A program made the translations under genes and the position numbers. A DNA stretch of 57,054 nt from a virus (lineage: Duplodnaviria > Caudoviricetes), in IMG/VR virus record IMGVR_UViG_3300048855_000050, positions 1-57,054 of that record; one strand, 5' to 3'. A model generated the notes under the pieces. That model saw only the letters and a list, made by a program, of their open reading frames with translations. It was not told where the DNA came from and searched no databases. Below, piece after piece: positions 36,408-47,251 of the stretch. Within the stretch, counting starts at the first letter, position 1; each line of letters starts with the position of its first letter.

Positions 36408-39400
36408 ATGGCAGGTCAAGAAGTTCGCGGGATGCTGATCCGGCTCGAAGCGACGACTGCACAGCTCCGTCAGGAGATGGACCGAGCAGACGCCTCGGTC
36501 ACGAAGGCAACCGGGCGGATCGATGCCCAGCTGAGCAAAGTTGATACCGCATTTGACCGCGCTGCCAGAAGCGCGCAGTCAGCAGCAGGGATCCTCAAGG
36601 GCGCCTTGTCGCTCGCGATCGGCGGCGCAAGCGTAAGCGCCATCATTGATCAGGCGGAGGCATATACCACTGTCGCGAACCGATTGAAACTGGTGACGTC
36701 TTCCAGCAAGGAATTCACCGAGGCGCAAAGTGCTGTCTTCAGCATCGCGCAAAAGTCAGGGCAGCCGCTTGGGGCGACTGCAGAGCTGTATCAGCGCATC
36801 GCCACCAACCAGAAAGAGCTGAAGCTCAGCGGCCAGGGTGTTGCCGGGATTGTCGAAACGATCTCCAAAACCCTCGTCATCAGTGGCGCTTCCGCTTCGT
36901 CGGCGGATGCGGCCCTTGTGCAACTCGGCCAGGCCTTCGCTTCAGGGACGCTGCGCGGCGAAGAGCTCAACTCGGTTCTGGAGCAGGCCCCAGCACTGGC
37001 GCAAGCGATCGCTAAGGGCATGGGAAAAACCGTAGGCGAGCTTCGAAATCTGGGTACTGAAGGGAAGTTGACCTCCGCCGCTGTCGTGGCAGCATTGCAA
37101 GCTCAAGCCGCCGCGGTCGACGGTCTTTTCAACCAGATGCAGAGCACCATCGGGACCGCTCTCACCCGCATACAAACGTCCTTCACACGAATCATAGGCG
37201 AAACGGACAAGCTTTCCGGAACCAGCGTCTCGCTCGCTGGCGCCGTCAACCAGGCTTCGCAGGCGCTTGACCAGATCAAGGTCCCTGAAGCGTTCGCGGT
37301 CATTTCGCAGCACGCCGAGACCTTGTCGACGGTGCTGAACGTTGTTCTGTACGCAGCCCTGGGCAAGGTCGCCGCCGGCCTCGCACAGTGGACGGCCGCG
37401 TCTGGCGCGTCAATTATTGCCAACCAGAAAGCCCTATCAGCGGCTGCCAAAACAGCGCAGCAAGACTTGCTGGCCGCTGAGGCGAAGCAGCTGGACGCCC
37501 GCGCACTTGTGGCGCGGGCAGGCCAGGAGCTGCTGGCCGCGCAGACCAAAGTCGCAGCGGACCGGATGCGTCAGGAGTCGGATCTCGCCGGCGTGCGCTC
37601 GGTGCAAACGGCTTTGGCCGCGGAATTAGCGCTGGAGCAGCAGCGGCTCAAGGCTCAGATTTCTGAGACGGGTCGCAACGCGGCGCTGTCGCGCATGGTG
37701 GAGATCCGCGGTGCTCAGATCGCGATTACTAAGCAGATGGAAGCTGCCGAGCGCTCGCTTGCCGCCACAACTGTGGCCACTTCAACCCAGATTCAGGCAG
37801 CGAACGCGCAGGTTACGGCCTCCAAACTCGCCCTCGCTGAGACAACTCTCGCAGTAAATGCGGCATCTGTTGCATCACAGAATGCAGCTGCCTCAGCATC
37901 TATCGCCGCACGTGCGTGGGGCAGTTTGAGGGCTGGCGCTGCTGGGCTTCTCGGTCTGCTGGGCGGTCCGGTTGGTCTGACGTTTATGGCTGGTGCGGTT
38001 GCTCTGTCGTTCGTCGACTTCAGTGACAAGTCAAAAACCTTGATGGGAGATCTGGGCGACCTCGGTAAGTCCGTAGACCAGGTGCGCACCGAATTCAACA
38101 AGCTAAACGAGGATCAGCAGCGCGCGCAGGTAAACACATGGAAGGACAAACAGCTCGGGGCAACGCTCGCCGTCGAGAATGCGTATAAGGACCTGAAAAG
38201 CGCGGTCCAGGGTGCGCTGATCGAGCCGCCCAGCCCGGACATGGTTGATACGGCAAAAATCGCCGACCAAGTTCGCTCGTATGACGAGCTTGTCGCCAAA
38301 ATGGATGCCGCTCGCGCTTCGGGCCAGTCGCTAGGCCCTATCCTGCGGGAAGCCGCCGCAACCGGCCAGATATCGCCGGAACAACTTCGTCAGTGGGAAA
38401 CCCTTGCCGGCTCTCTGAGCGATAACGCTTCTGTCGCCGCACAAGTGAAAACACGCCTGGACGAGCTGACTGGCGCGCTCAACCAGAATACGGTCGCTAC
38501 CCAGGCCAACAACCAGGCCAAAGCTGGTTTTTCTGCTGATGGGCAGAAGTACTTGGACACGATTCAGAAGCAGCTGGCTGGCCTGCAGGATGGTGGCGAT
38601 GCCATCAAAGAGGCAAACCGATACATCGCAGAACATTCGGCGCTCTCTGAGTCCGACCGGATAGCAATCCTTTCGACGGCCAATGCCATCGAGGTGAACA
38701 AGGCCGCCACAAAGGCTTCGAAGGACGAAACCAAACTCGGGAACGCTGCTGCCCGCGAAGCGGCCACGGAGCTGAGGAACCAGCAAAAGGCTCTCGAAGA
38801 TCTCACGACGAAATCGGGAATTTCCGCCAAGGCTGCCAACGATCTCGCAGACGCTTATCTCGTTGGGGTCGACAACATCCGCGCAATCACCCTTCAACAA
38901 AAGGTTGAAGAAGAACTGCTCAAAACTGGCGCCGCAGCGCGCGGAAGAGTCACGGCAGCCATAAACGCTCAGATGGCGGCGGAAGACCGCCGTGACGTGG
39001 CGAAGAGCATCGCGGATCTGCGCGTGGAAGCAACGCAGACTCTTGCTCAGGCAACCGCCACCCTGCAGGGCGCAGACGCACTTGAAACTTTCAATGTGCA
39101 GAAGTCGATGCAGCTGGCGTTGGTAGGGAAAAGCATCGAGTACGGCTCTAAAGAGTACGACCAGTTGCTTCAGGCTACGCGCGCCCAACTGGAGCACAAC
39201 AAAGCTCTGGAGCAGGCGGGCGCTGCAAACAGCATCGTCGACCGGCTCTACCCCCAGACGAAGCTATTGCGCGATTACACACAAGAGCAAGAAGCGCTGA
39301 ATAAGGCGATTGAGCTGTATCCAGAAAAAGCTGACGCCTATCGCGACGCGCTTGCGCGACTCGGTGTGGAGTACCAGCAGAACAAGAACGCCGCGTCGAG

Positions 39401-42400
39401 TTGGGGTCAGTTCACCGAAGGCGCAATCGACCGAATTGACGACGCTTTTGCGGACATGTGGAAGTCTGTGCTGAGCAAGTCCGGCAACTTCATGGACACG
39501 CTCAAGGATAGCTTCCGGCAGTTCCTCGCGGAAATGCTTCACATGGCGATCACTAAGCCAATCCTGGTGCAGTTTGCCAGCGCGCTGGGTGTGGGCGGCG
39601 CCCAAGCTCAGTCCTCGGGCCTGTTTGGAGACTTGACCGGCGGCGGTGGGGGTGGGCTGACGTCCTGGCTCGGCACCGCGAAAAACGTGTTTTCGGTCGC
39701 CAGCAGCAATTTCGGGCAGTCCATCATGGCTGGCTGGAATGCAGGGGAGGGCATTGTCGGCGGCATCCAAGGCGCGTTCGGTAATGGTGCTTCCTACGTC
39801 AAAGACGCGATCGCCAGCGGTTTCACTGCAGGCTCGGCAACGGCAAGCGCCGTAGCCTCCACAACCGCTGAAAGTCTGACATCCACCTTGGCTAACTCAT
39901 ACGCGAGTTATGGCGCGCAGTTCAGCACCGGCGTGGCTCAGGGTTCTTTCAGCGGCGCCGCTTCATCCGCCTCGGCGTCGGCCGCTTCATCGAGCCTCAG
40001 CGCCTTGAGCGCCACGTTGAGCTACGTGGGCGCGGTGTACGCGGTCATTCAGTCGTATCAAGCCTATGGGGCCAAAGGCGCCGCTACCACGGCAGGTTTT
40101 GCCGCCGCTGGCGCTGCCATCGGTTCCGTAGTGCCAATTATCGGCACTGCACTGGGTGCCGCAATCGGCGCAGTAATTGGTTCGATCGCTTCCAGTTCGC
40201 TGTTCGGGAGCGGGGAGAAGTACCCAGATCTGAGCACATCGGCTACTGGGCGGTATGTCGGCGGTCAGTACGTGGATACAGGCATCGCCCAGTCCTGGCA
40301 GCGCAAAGCCCCCAAGTACGGCGCTGCGGCTGATAACGCCATGTCGTCCACGCTGAACAAGTTCAGTTCTACGCTCGGTAACTTGTACACAGCACTCGGC
40401 AATGGTGCGCCTGTCGTCGCCTATAGCACGCTGCAGCAGCGCAAAACATCGGGGAAATACTCGAGCACGTTCGGCGCTCAGCTTGATGACGGATCGGTAA
40501 TCACCGGCAAGCAGCAGTTCAAGGCCGACGACATCGCGGCGGCGCTGACTGCCGACTATGACGACATCATGGGCACCTTCCTCGCGAAGGCGATCGTGAG
40601 TTCTAAATCGCTGCCGGAGTACTTCAAGTCTCAGTTCACGGCATTCTCCAATGACTGGAACACCACGGCTGACCAGGTGATCAAGGCAATTGAGGGTGTG
40701 TTCACGCGCTTCAATGGCGTGAACGATGCGCTTTCGCTCATCAACGTGGCCAACCTGAAGCTGGACAACACCGGGCTGATAGCCTCCGACTCGATCCTGA
40801 ACATGATCGGCGCGATCGCCGACCTGGACACCACCACCGCAACTGCGAAGGAAAAGGTCGATGCGCTCAACAAGAGCGTGGGGACCTATTACCAGGCGTT
40901 TTTCAGCGCGGACGAGCAATTCGCGGATCTGACCAAAAGCCTGCAGGGAGCGTTGGCCGGATTCGGTCTGAAACTGCCGGACACTCGCTCCGCCTACCGG
41001 AAAATGGTTGAAGACATTGATGTCACGACCACGGCCGGCCAAGCCATGTTCGCGACCATGATGGGGCTGGCCACCAACGCGGACACCTACTACACCCAAA
41101 TCGACAAGCAGGCGCAGGCCGCCGTGGACGCAGCCAACGAGGCAGCACAGGCAGCGGCAGGCGCATGGTCGAATTATTACGGGCTGTTCGCTACTGACAC
41201 GCAGAAGGCTGGGGACGCCCTGATGCGCGCCAGTGCGGAGTTCGGCGCGCTTGGGCTTGGGTTGCCAGCCAGTCGCGGCGACTTTGCTGCAATGGTCAAC
41301 GCGATCGATCAAACAACGGTGGCTGGCAAGGCGCTTTTCAACTCGCTGTTGGGTCTGGCAACTGATGCCGATGCTGCCTTTGACGTGATGGAAGCCAGTG
41401 CGGCGACGGCAACTCAGGCAGCCCAGGATGCTGCAAAAGCTCAGGCTGACGCGGCACAGGCGGCCAAGGAGGCGGCCGAAGCTGCCGCGCAGGCAATCAA
41501 GGATGCCCTGGATCAGGCGGTCAGCAACAGCTTTGCCGCGGTACAGCGCGCAGTCAGTGCCCAACAGAAAGCAGCCGAGGCGGCCTACAACGCCACGAAT
41601 GCCTCGATCAGCGACATGCTTGAAACGGCGAACAGCCTCGTTGGCGATCTAACCGGCGTCAGCAATGACCTTGGCTCGGCGCTGAAATCGCTGCGCGGGG
41701 ATTCGGAAGGCGCAGTGCAGATGTTGCGCCGCCAAGCACAGGCGACGCTGCAAAGCGCGCTCGCCACCGCGCGTGCTGGCGGATCGTTGGCAAACTTCGC
41801 AGGGTTGGGCGATGCCCTGACCACAGTGAGCAGCAATAGTACTGGCCTGTATTCCTCGCTTGAGGAGTTCAACCGCGATCAGGGACGCACCGCCAACGTG
41901 GTAGCGCAGCTCAATCAACTGAACGGCAAGCAGCTGACCAATGCGGAGAAATCGGCGAAGGCGCTGCAGGATCAGTTGGATCAAGCGAAAAAAGCCTATG
42001 ACGCTCAGGTGGCGCAGTTCGACTCGCAGCTGGCGTTCGCGCAGTCGCAGCTGGACGCCCTCAACGGGGTCGACACAACCGTGCAATCGGTCACCGATGC
42101 CGTCGAGCGGATGAATGCGGCTGTTGTAGCTGCGCTGGCTGGTCAGAGTGCTGGCGCTGCAGCGGGTAACACCTACGACAACAACGCTGCGCTGCTGGAG
42201 TCGGTTTACCAGCGGGTGCTTGGCCGGGGTGTCGAGGCGGGCGGACTTGCATTCTGGTCCGCGCTGCTGGCTAACGGATCGGTCACGTACGGCACTCTTG
42301 TTGACGAGATTGCCAAGGGTGGCAAGGCCCATGGCGAGACGGTGAAGGTTCCGGGCTATGCCACGGGCGGTAACTTCGGCGGCGGCTTGCGCCTGGTGGG

Positions 42401-42647
42401 AGAGAACGGGCCGGAGCTTGAGGTAACTGGCCCGAGCCGCATCTTCGATGCGCGCACCACCGCAGCAATGCTCAACGGGGGAGGTTCCGACGCTGCCGTT
42501 GTGGCCGAACTGCGCGCACTGCGCGGGGAACTGGAGATGATCAAGGCCAACACCCAGGCCAGCGCCGTGAATGTCAGCAAGGTCGCAAGGACCCTTGACC
42601 GAGTCACTGACGGCGGGAACGCAATGCTCACCAAGGAACTTGCATGA
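36408..42647 (+). CDS. Tape measure protein (2079 aa)
   Basis: QLGQAFASGTLRGEELNSVLEQAP N-terminal domain; Ala-rich helices; YATGG..VGENGPEL C-terminus. Confidence 0.95.
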   Translation: MAGQEVRGMLIRLEATTAQLRQEMDRADASVTKATGRIDAQLSKVDTAFDRAARSAQSAAGILKGALSLAIGGASVSAIIDQAEAYTTVANRLKLVTSSSKEFTEAQSAVFSIAQKSGQPLGATAELYQRIATNQKELKLSGQGVAGIVETISKTLVISGASASSADAALVQLGQAFASGTLRGEELNSVLEQAPALAQAIAKGMGKTVGELRNLGTEGKLTSAAVVAALQAQAAAVDGLFNQMQSTIGTALTRIQTSFTRIIGETDKLSGTSVSLAGAVNQASQALDQIKVPEAFAVISQHAETLSTVLNVVLYAALGKVAAGLAQWTAASGASIIANQKALSAAAKTAQQDLLAAEAKQLDARALVARAGQELLAAQTKVAADRMRQESDLAGVRSVQTALAAELALEQQRLKAQISETGRNAALSRMVEIRGAQIAITKQMEAAERSLAATTVATSTQIQAANAQVTASKLALAETTLAVNAASVASQNAAASASIAARAWGSLRAGAAGLLGLLGGPVGLTFMAGAVALSFVDFSDKSKTLMGDLGDLGKSVDQVRTEFNKLNEDQQRAQVNTWKDKQLGATLAVENAYKDLKSAVQGALIEPPSPDMVDTAKIADQVRSYDELVAKMDAARASGQSLGPILREAAATGQISPEQLRQWETLAGSLSDNASVAAQVKTRLDELTGALNQNTVATQANNQAKAGFSADGQKYLDTIQKQLAGLQDGGDAIKEANRYIAEHSALSESDRIAILSTANAIEVNKAATKASKDETKLGNAAAREAATELRNQQKALEDLTTKSGISAKAANDLADAYLVGVDNIRAITLQQKVEEELLKTGAAARGRVTAAINAQMAAEDRRDVAKSIADLRVEATQTLAQATATLQGADALETFNVQKSMQLALVGKSIEYGSKEYDQLLQATRAQLEHNKALEQAGAANSIVDRLYPQTKLLRDYTQEQEALNKAIELYPEKADAYRDALARLGVEYQQNKNAASSWGQFTEGAIDRIDDAFADMWKSVLSKSGNFMDTLKDSFRQFLAEMLHMAITKPILVQFASALGVGGAQAQSSGLFGDLTGGGGGGLTSWLGTAKNVFSVASSNFGQSIMAGWNAGEGIVGGIQGAFGNGASYVKDAIASGFTAGSATASAVASTTAESLTSTLANSYASYGAQFSTGVAQGSFSGAASSASASAASSSLSALSATLSYVGAVYAVIQSYQAYGAKGAATTAGFAAAGAAIGSVVPIIGTALGAAIGAVIGSIASSSLFGSGEKYPDLSTSATGRYVGGQYVDTGIAQSWQRKAPKYGAAADNAMSSTLNKFSSTLGNLYTALGNGAPVVAYSTLQQRKTSGKYSSTFGAQLDDGSVITGKQQFKADDIAAALTADYDDIMGTFLAKAIVSSKSLPEYFKSQFTAFSNDWNTTADQVIKAIEGVFTRFNGVNDALSLINVANLKLDNTGLIASDSILNMIGAIADLDTTTATAKEKVDALNKSVGTYYQAFFSADEQFADLTKSLQGALAGFGLKLPDTRSAYRKMVEDIDVTTTAGQAMFATMMGLATNADTYYTQIDKQAQAAVDAANEAAQAAAGAWSNYYGLFATDTQKAGDALMRASAEFGALGLGLPASRGDFAAMVNAIDQTTVAGKALFNSLLGLATDADAAFDVMEASAATATQAAQDAAKAQADAAQAAKEAAEAAAQAIKDALDQAVSNSFAAVQRAVSAQQKAAEAAYNATNASISDMLETANSLVGDLTGVSNDLGSALKSLRGDSEGAVQMLRRQAQATLQSALATARAGGSLANFAGLGDALTTVSSNSTGLYSSLEEFNRDQGRTANVVAQLNQLNGKQLTNAEKSAKALQDQLDQAKKAYDAQVAQFDSQLAFAQSQLDALNGVDTTVQSVTDAVERMNAAVVAALAGQSAGAAAGNTYDNNAALLESVYQRVLGRGVEAGGLAFWSALLANGSVTYGTLVDEIAKGGKAHGETVKVPGYATGGNFGGGLRLVGENGPELEVTGPSRIFDARTTAAMLNGGGSDAAVVAELRALRGELEMIKANTQASAVNVSKVARTLDRVTDGGNAMLTKELA

Positions 42648-43552
42648 AGGTTATAAAGCCGCACGTCATTACAGACCTGATGATGTTGAGTTCGTCGATT
42701 CAGGAGAACGACTACCCGGCCTGGGTATCCGGTACTGCATATGCCTTGGGCGCCCGAGTTATTCGCACTGGCGTCCACCGCATTTTCGAAAGGCTGGTCG
42801 CAGGGGCGGGCACAGTCGCTCCAGAACTTGATACGACGAGTCCGCCGGTGTGGCTGGATGTCGGTCCGACGAATAAATGGGCGCCATTCGACGATGTTGT
42901 CGGAACCCTGGCCACCGGTCCGTCCCCGCTCAAATACGTGCTCAGTGTCGGGTTTACCGACAGCCTGGCGCTATTCGAGTTGACCGGCCGCTACGTGGAT
43001 CTCGTGATGAAGGACGGTACTGGCGGTACGGTCGTCTACCAGCAGAGGATCGACCTTGAGGTCACTGACATCGAGACGATATTTGACTGGTTTTTCAGCG
43101 ACCTTGATCTGCGAACTGACATCGTCATCACCGATCTGCCCGGGCAGTACGCGAGCGCTGAGCTGTCTATCACGATCACATCTACCAATGGTGCTGCTTC
43201 CGTAGGGGTGATCAAGCCTGGATTGATCAGTGACCTCGGAGAAACCCAATACGGCGCCCGGGTCGGCATCGACGATTACAGCCGCAAGGAGCGCGACGAG
43301 TTCGGCAACACCAAGATCGTCAAGCGGGCCTACAGCAAGCGCGGCAGCTTCACGATGTTGACCACTCTGGGCACGTTCAACCGCATCTACCGGACTCTGG
43401 CAGATCTCCGGGCGACGCCGTGCGTATACATCGGAACCGAGGCCGAGGGTTACGAACCACTTCTCATCTATGGATTCTTCAACAGCTTCAACATTGATGT
43501 TTCCTACCCTAATTACCACCTCTGTTCGCTTGATATCGAGGGCCTTATCTAA
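42644..43552 (+). CDS. Tail tip / minor tail protein
   Basis: Coupled to tape measure; YPAWVSGTAYALGARV carbohydrate-binding-like motif. Confidence 0.7.
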   Translation: MKVIKPHVITDLMMLSSSIQENDYPAWVSGTAYALGARVIRTGVHRIFERLVAGAGTVAPELDTTSPPVWLDVGPTNKWAPFDDVVGTLATGPSPLKYVLSVGFTDSLALFELTGRYVDLVMKDGTGGTVVYQQRIDLEVTDIETIFDWFFSDLDLRTDIVITDLPGQYASAELSITITSTNGAASVGVIKPGLISDLGETQYGARVGIDDYSRKERDEFGNTKIVKRAYSKRGSFTMLTTLGTFNRIYRTLADLRATPCVYIGTEAEGYEPLLIYGFFNSFNIDVSYPNYHLCSLDIEGLI

Positions 43553-44961
43553 TGGCAGTTACTCCACTCCCGTTCCTCGACCGAACGGCCGCAACGTTTA
43601 AGTCCGACGTGGATGCGTTTTTCGCGCAGAAGCTGCCGCAATTCTCCGTGGAGGTGAACCAGGTTGCCACTGCGGCTGACTCAGCTGCATCGGCGGCCAA
43701 CGCCTCTAAAAACGCGGCAGCAACCAGCGCCACAAACGCTGGCACCAGCGCGACCAATGCGGCGAACTCAGCCACTGCGGCCAATACATCCAAAACAAAC
43801 GCGGCTACGAGCGAGACCAATGCGGCTAACTCTGCCACCGCGGCGAACAACTCCAAGACCGCCGCAGCGACCAGTGCGACAAATGCCGCGAACTCCGCCA
43901 CTGCCGCGCAAGCTGCCGCTGACAGTATTGGGAGCGGGCCAGTTACTAGCGTGAACAGCAAGACCGGTGTTGTAACGTTGGCGAAGGCTGACATTGGCCT
44001 AAGCCTGGTCGACAACCTTTCAGTTATTGGACTCGGCCTTGGCACCAATATCGGTCCCCTGGCTGCGGATCTAAACACAACAGTCATAGGTGGTTTCTTT
44101 CGAACCACTAGCAGTACACTGAACGCGCCATTGGCGTCCAACATGTCGGTCTTCGTTTGTCCGTACAACAACGGGGGCTGCTTGCAGATCGCCTCACTGC
44201 TGGTGGGTGGTAGTGCACTGGCTAACCGTATGTTCTACCGGACTCAAGCAGGTGGAACATGGTCGCTCTGGGGAGAGTTCCTCACCACGGGCATGAAAGG
44301 AGTCACACGATTCACAGCTAGCGGGTCATGGGTAGTTCCCACGGGCGTCACGCAAGTTTGGGTGAGCGGGGTCGCACCGGGCGGTGGCGGCGGTGGCGGA
44401 GGATCTGGAGGCGGTGGCAGCTATTACGGCGCCGGGGGGGCTGGTGGTGGAGCTGGTCAGTCGGTAAACCGCTCGGTTCAGTCTGTTGTTCCAGGACAAA
44501 CTATTGCGATCACAATGGGCGCACCTGGTGCAGGCGCCCCAGCTTCGGCCGGGTCAGGCGCCGCCGGCACCGCCGGAGGAAACACCACGGTCACCAACCT
44601 CTCGGGCGCGACGCTCACTTTGACTGGTGGTGGTCAAGGTAGCGGTGGAGCAAGTGCCGCTGGGTCCGGATTCATTTCCGGAGGCGGCCCTCAGGGCTCT
44701 GGATTTCCATTCGGTATGTATGGCGGGGATACCGACGGTACGCAGCCAACCTGCATTGGTGGGGTAGGTGGGTCAAGCCCGTTTGGTGGTGGCGGCTCAG
44801 GCGGTCGAGCTTCGACCCAAGGTACTCTAGCAGGCACTGCGGCAGGCGGATTTGGCGCAGGGGGTGGCGGGGGAGGCGGTAATTATTCTAAGGGTACCCC
44901 AACTTACAGTGGCTCCTCAGGCGGTAACGGCAGCGGCGGGTTGATAATCATTGAGTGGTGA
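43552..44961 (+). CDS. Tail fibre / receptor-binding protein
   Basis: AATSATNAANSATAA repeats, VTSVN..TGVV motif, Gly-rich C-terminal domain. Confidence 0.85.
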   Translation: MAVTPLPFLDRTAATFKSDVDAFFAQKLPQFSVEVNQVATAADSAASAANASKNAAATSATNAGTSATNAANSATAANTSKTNAATSETNAANSATAANNSKTAAATSATNAANSATAAQAAADSIGSGPVTSVNSKTGVVTLAKADIGLSLVDNLSVIGLGLGTNIGPLAADLNTTVIGGFFRTTSSTLNAPLASNMSVFVCPYNNGGCLQIASLLVGGSALANRMFYRTQAGGTWSLWGEFLTTGMKGVTRFTASGSWVVPTGVTQVWVSGVAPGGGGGGGGSGGGGSYYGAGGAGGGAGQSVNRSVQSVVPGQTIAITMGAPGAGAPASAGSGAAGTAGGNTTVTNLSGATLTLTGGGQGSGGASAAGSGFISGGGPQGSGFPFGMYGGDTDGTQPTCIGGVGGSSPFGGGGSGGRASTQGTLAGTAAGGFGAGGGGGGGNYSKGTPTYSGSSGGNGSGGLIIIEW

Positions 44962-44965
44962 TGAA

Positions 44966-45385
44966 ATGCGTTACGTGATTGTTGAAGAGTTGACGGGCAT
45001 GGTTACGAACATGATTGAATGGGATGGTGTTGAGTGGGATGTCGAGACAGGCGTCGGATGGTCTCCCGAAGATGGCAGCATCGCAATCCAGTCGGAGGAT
45101 GCGCAAACCGGGTGGACTTATGCGGATGGGGTTTTCACTGCGCCTCCCGTGCCCGAGCCGGAACCGCCAACTCCTGAACAGGTACTCGCCGGGAACATTG
45201 CGCGCCGCGATGCATTATTGGCTGAAGCCACCCTCGCCATTGCACCGCTTCAAGATGCAGTCGATTTGGAAATTGCAACCGCTGGGGAAACTGCCAAGCT
45301 CAAAAAGTGGAAGCTGTTTCGCGTCAACGTGAACCGTTTGGATATGACAGTTCTTGCCCCGGTTTGGCCTGAGACCCCAACATAA
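44966..45385 (+). CDS. Tail fibre assembly chaperone
   Basis: IAPLQDAVDLEIAT..WKLFRVNVNRLD..WPETP. Confidence 0.9.
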   Translation: MRYVIVEELTGMVTNMIEWDGVEWDVETGVGWSPEDGSIAIQSEDAQTGWTYADGVFTAPPVPEPEPPTPEQVLAGNIARRDALLAEATLAIAPLQDAVDLEIATAGETAKLKKWKLFRVNVNRLDMTVLAPVWPETPT

Positions 45386-45400
45386 CAAACCGTTTATGAA

Positions 45401-46393
45401 TTAATTACGACTGTCGGTGACAGCCGGATTGTTCTTTGATTTATTTGATCTCAGCGCATGGCGCATTGCTATGGCCGGTCGTTCGATTAGGTAATAGGTG
45501 AAAGTGCTCATTGAGAGAGAGACGTTTAAAATCAGGACTATTGTAAAGGGGGTCAATTCCTTGTATCCAAGCGCGGAAGCTGCATAAATCACTACGAAGT
45601 GGTTGAGGAATACACCATAACTGATGTTCCCAAGAAACTCGTCCACCTTCTGAAATCTGTAAGCCGAAAGATATCGTACTGCGGGGATGCCGATTACTAT
45701 CCCTGTTGTAACCTCCGTATTGAATGGAGCTTGAGGAATAATGCCCGCCAAGATTGCGATCAGCGTAAGAAAAGAAATGACCCATGTGGCAAGCAAAACC
45801 ATGAAGTCGCGACGGCTCGGCCACCACAAGTAACTGCCACAAAGAAATATAAATAGCACGCCGGGCAGTAGGCGGTATCCGTAGAAATCGGTATTTATAA
45901 AACCCAAACACGCTAAGTAAAATATCACCATTGAAGCAATGTAGAAGCTTCCTCTCGCCTTGTAAATTAAGAGAAAGGGTATAACTAGGTAAAAAAACGC
46001 TTCTAGCCCAAGAGACCATGCGGGTGGAAGGATGTCAGGATTTGTTACTCCGAACATCCAGAGATTGAGAGGTGCAATGGCTAGGCTAAGAAGCATGTTT
46101 GTTGGCGTAAGCGACAAGTACGCGATTGAATCGCTCATGAAGCAGAGGATTATCAAGGACGAGAGGGTGAAGTAGAATAGGAACTGAGGATACAGCCGCA
46201 AAGCGCGATCCAAATAGAATGCGGGGATGCTTGCAGCTTCCATATAGTTCTTTTTTATCAGGGCGGTCATTACGTATCCGCTGATAATAAAGAATGAAAC
46301 TACTGCAATAACGCCTGGGTTATATCCATAAAAGGATACTCCCATGTGCGAAATTGCAACGAGAATCGCTAGTATCAGTCGGTAAGTTCCCAT
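45401..46393 (-). CDS. Acyltransferase-3 family membrane O-acetyltransferase
   Basis: R..LAILVAISH, FFIISGY, R.LRLYP, WSLGLE, GNISYGVFLNH, YYLIERP; AT-rich. Confidence 0.9.
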   Translation of the reverse strand: MGTYRLILAILVAISHMGVSFYGYNPGVIAVVSFFIISGYVMTALIKKNYMEAASIPAFYLDRALRLYPQFLFYFTLSSLIILCFMSDSIAYLSLTPTNMLLSLAIAPLNLWMFGVTNPDILPPAWSLGLEAFFYLVIPFLLIYKARGSFYIASMVIFYLACLGFINTDFYGYRLLPGVLFIFLCGSYLWWPSRRDFMVLLATWVISFLTLIAILAGIIPQAPFNTEVTTGIVIGIPAVRYLSAYRFQKVDEFLGNISYGVFLNHFVVIYAASALGYKELTPFTIVLILNVSLSMSTFTYYLIERPAIAMRHALRSNKSKNNPAVTDSRN

Positions 46394-46558
46394 TAGAGGG
46401 CCTTAAGCAGTTCATCAAAACGCATCATTATGCCCGTGAAGCTTTGCTATGTCATTGGCCGTTGGCAGAGCGCAACACGACATCCCGGAATGCAACTCAG
46501 CCGGCTTGCTTACCCATGGACCCGCTAACCGCGGGTTTTTTTACGTCTGGAGAAAGTT

Positions 46559-46984
46559 ATGACCGTGACTGATAAAGATCGCGATGTGCTCGCGCGCACG
46601 CTGTGGGGCGAGGCTCGCGGGGAAGGTTTGACAGGGATGGCCGCTGTGGCGTGGACGATCCGCAATCGCGTGGACGACGGCAAGGACAAATCATGGTGGG
46701 GCGAAGGTTACGCCGGCGTCTGCCAGAAGCCCTATCAGTTCAGCTGCTGGAATCGCAACGATCCCAACTATCCGTTTCTGAGCGGCGTGCGCCTGATCCC
46801 GTTCCGCGAGCTGGCGCAGTGTCGCATCGCTGCTGACCAGGTGATCGACGGCAAGGTGCCGGACCCCACTGGGGGCGCTACCCACTATTACGCGACCACC
46901 ATGCCGAAGGCGCCGGACTGGGCCGCCAAAGCAAATCGCACGCTAAAGCTGGGCAACCACGTTTTCTTTCGCGACGTTCCTTAA
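46559..46984 (+). CDS. SleB-like cell wall hydrolase (endolysin)
   Basis: LARTLWGEARGE, QFSCWN, DPTGGATHYY, GNHVFF. Confidence 0.92.
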   Translation: MTVTDKDRDVLARTLWGEARGEGLTGMAAVAWTIRNRVDDGKDKSWWGEGYAGVCQKPYQFSCWNRNDPNYPFLSGVRLIPFRELAQCRIAADQVIDGKVPDPTGGATHYYATTMPKAPDWAAKANRTLKLGNHVFFRDVP

Positions 46985-47029
46985 TCGCACCGATGCCAGG
47001 GTGCCGTCAGTACCGATTCGAATTAGGAG

Positions 47030-47251
47030 ATGAAGATGCAATCTCAGCAATACATTGCCCCGGCGAGCTTGGCGCCAGTAACGCTTGCTGTAAAAGCGAA
47101 CGGCGGAAGCGTGAAGGTCGAAAAGCAGGTGGGTGTCGACTGGGTTGTATCTGACGTCTTTGCGCAGGACGGCGCCTGGCGTCTCGACCTTGGGTATTCA
47201 CAAACACGCTTCACGCCAGTTGGCGGCGCGGTATTCGAGATTTCGTCATGA
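47030..47251 (+). CDS. Hypothetical beta-rich protein coupled to SGNH gene
   Basis: AGGAG SD; ATGA overlap. Confidence 0.7.
   Translation: MKMQSQQYIAPASLAPVTLAVKANGGSVKVEKQVGVDWVVSDVFAQDGAWRLDLGYSQTRFTPVGGAVFEISS

Noticed and set aside
39987-41564. 525-aa minus-strand ORF
   Set aside because: Antisense shadow of the GC-rich tape measure gene with no recognisable motifs
43680-43920. Tandem repeats as a CRISPR or DGR array
   Set aside because: In-frame Ala/Ser/Thr/Asn coding repeats of the tail fibre; no spacers, cas genes or reverse transcriptase in the window
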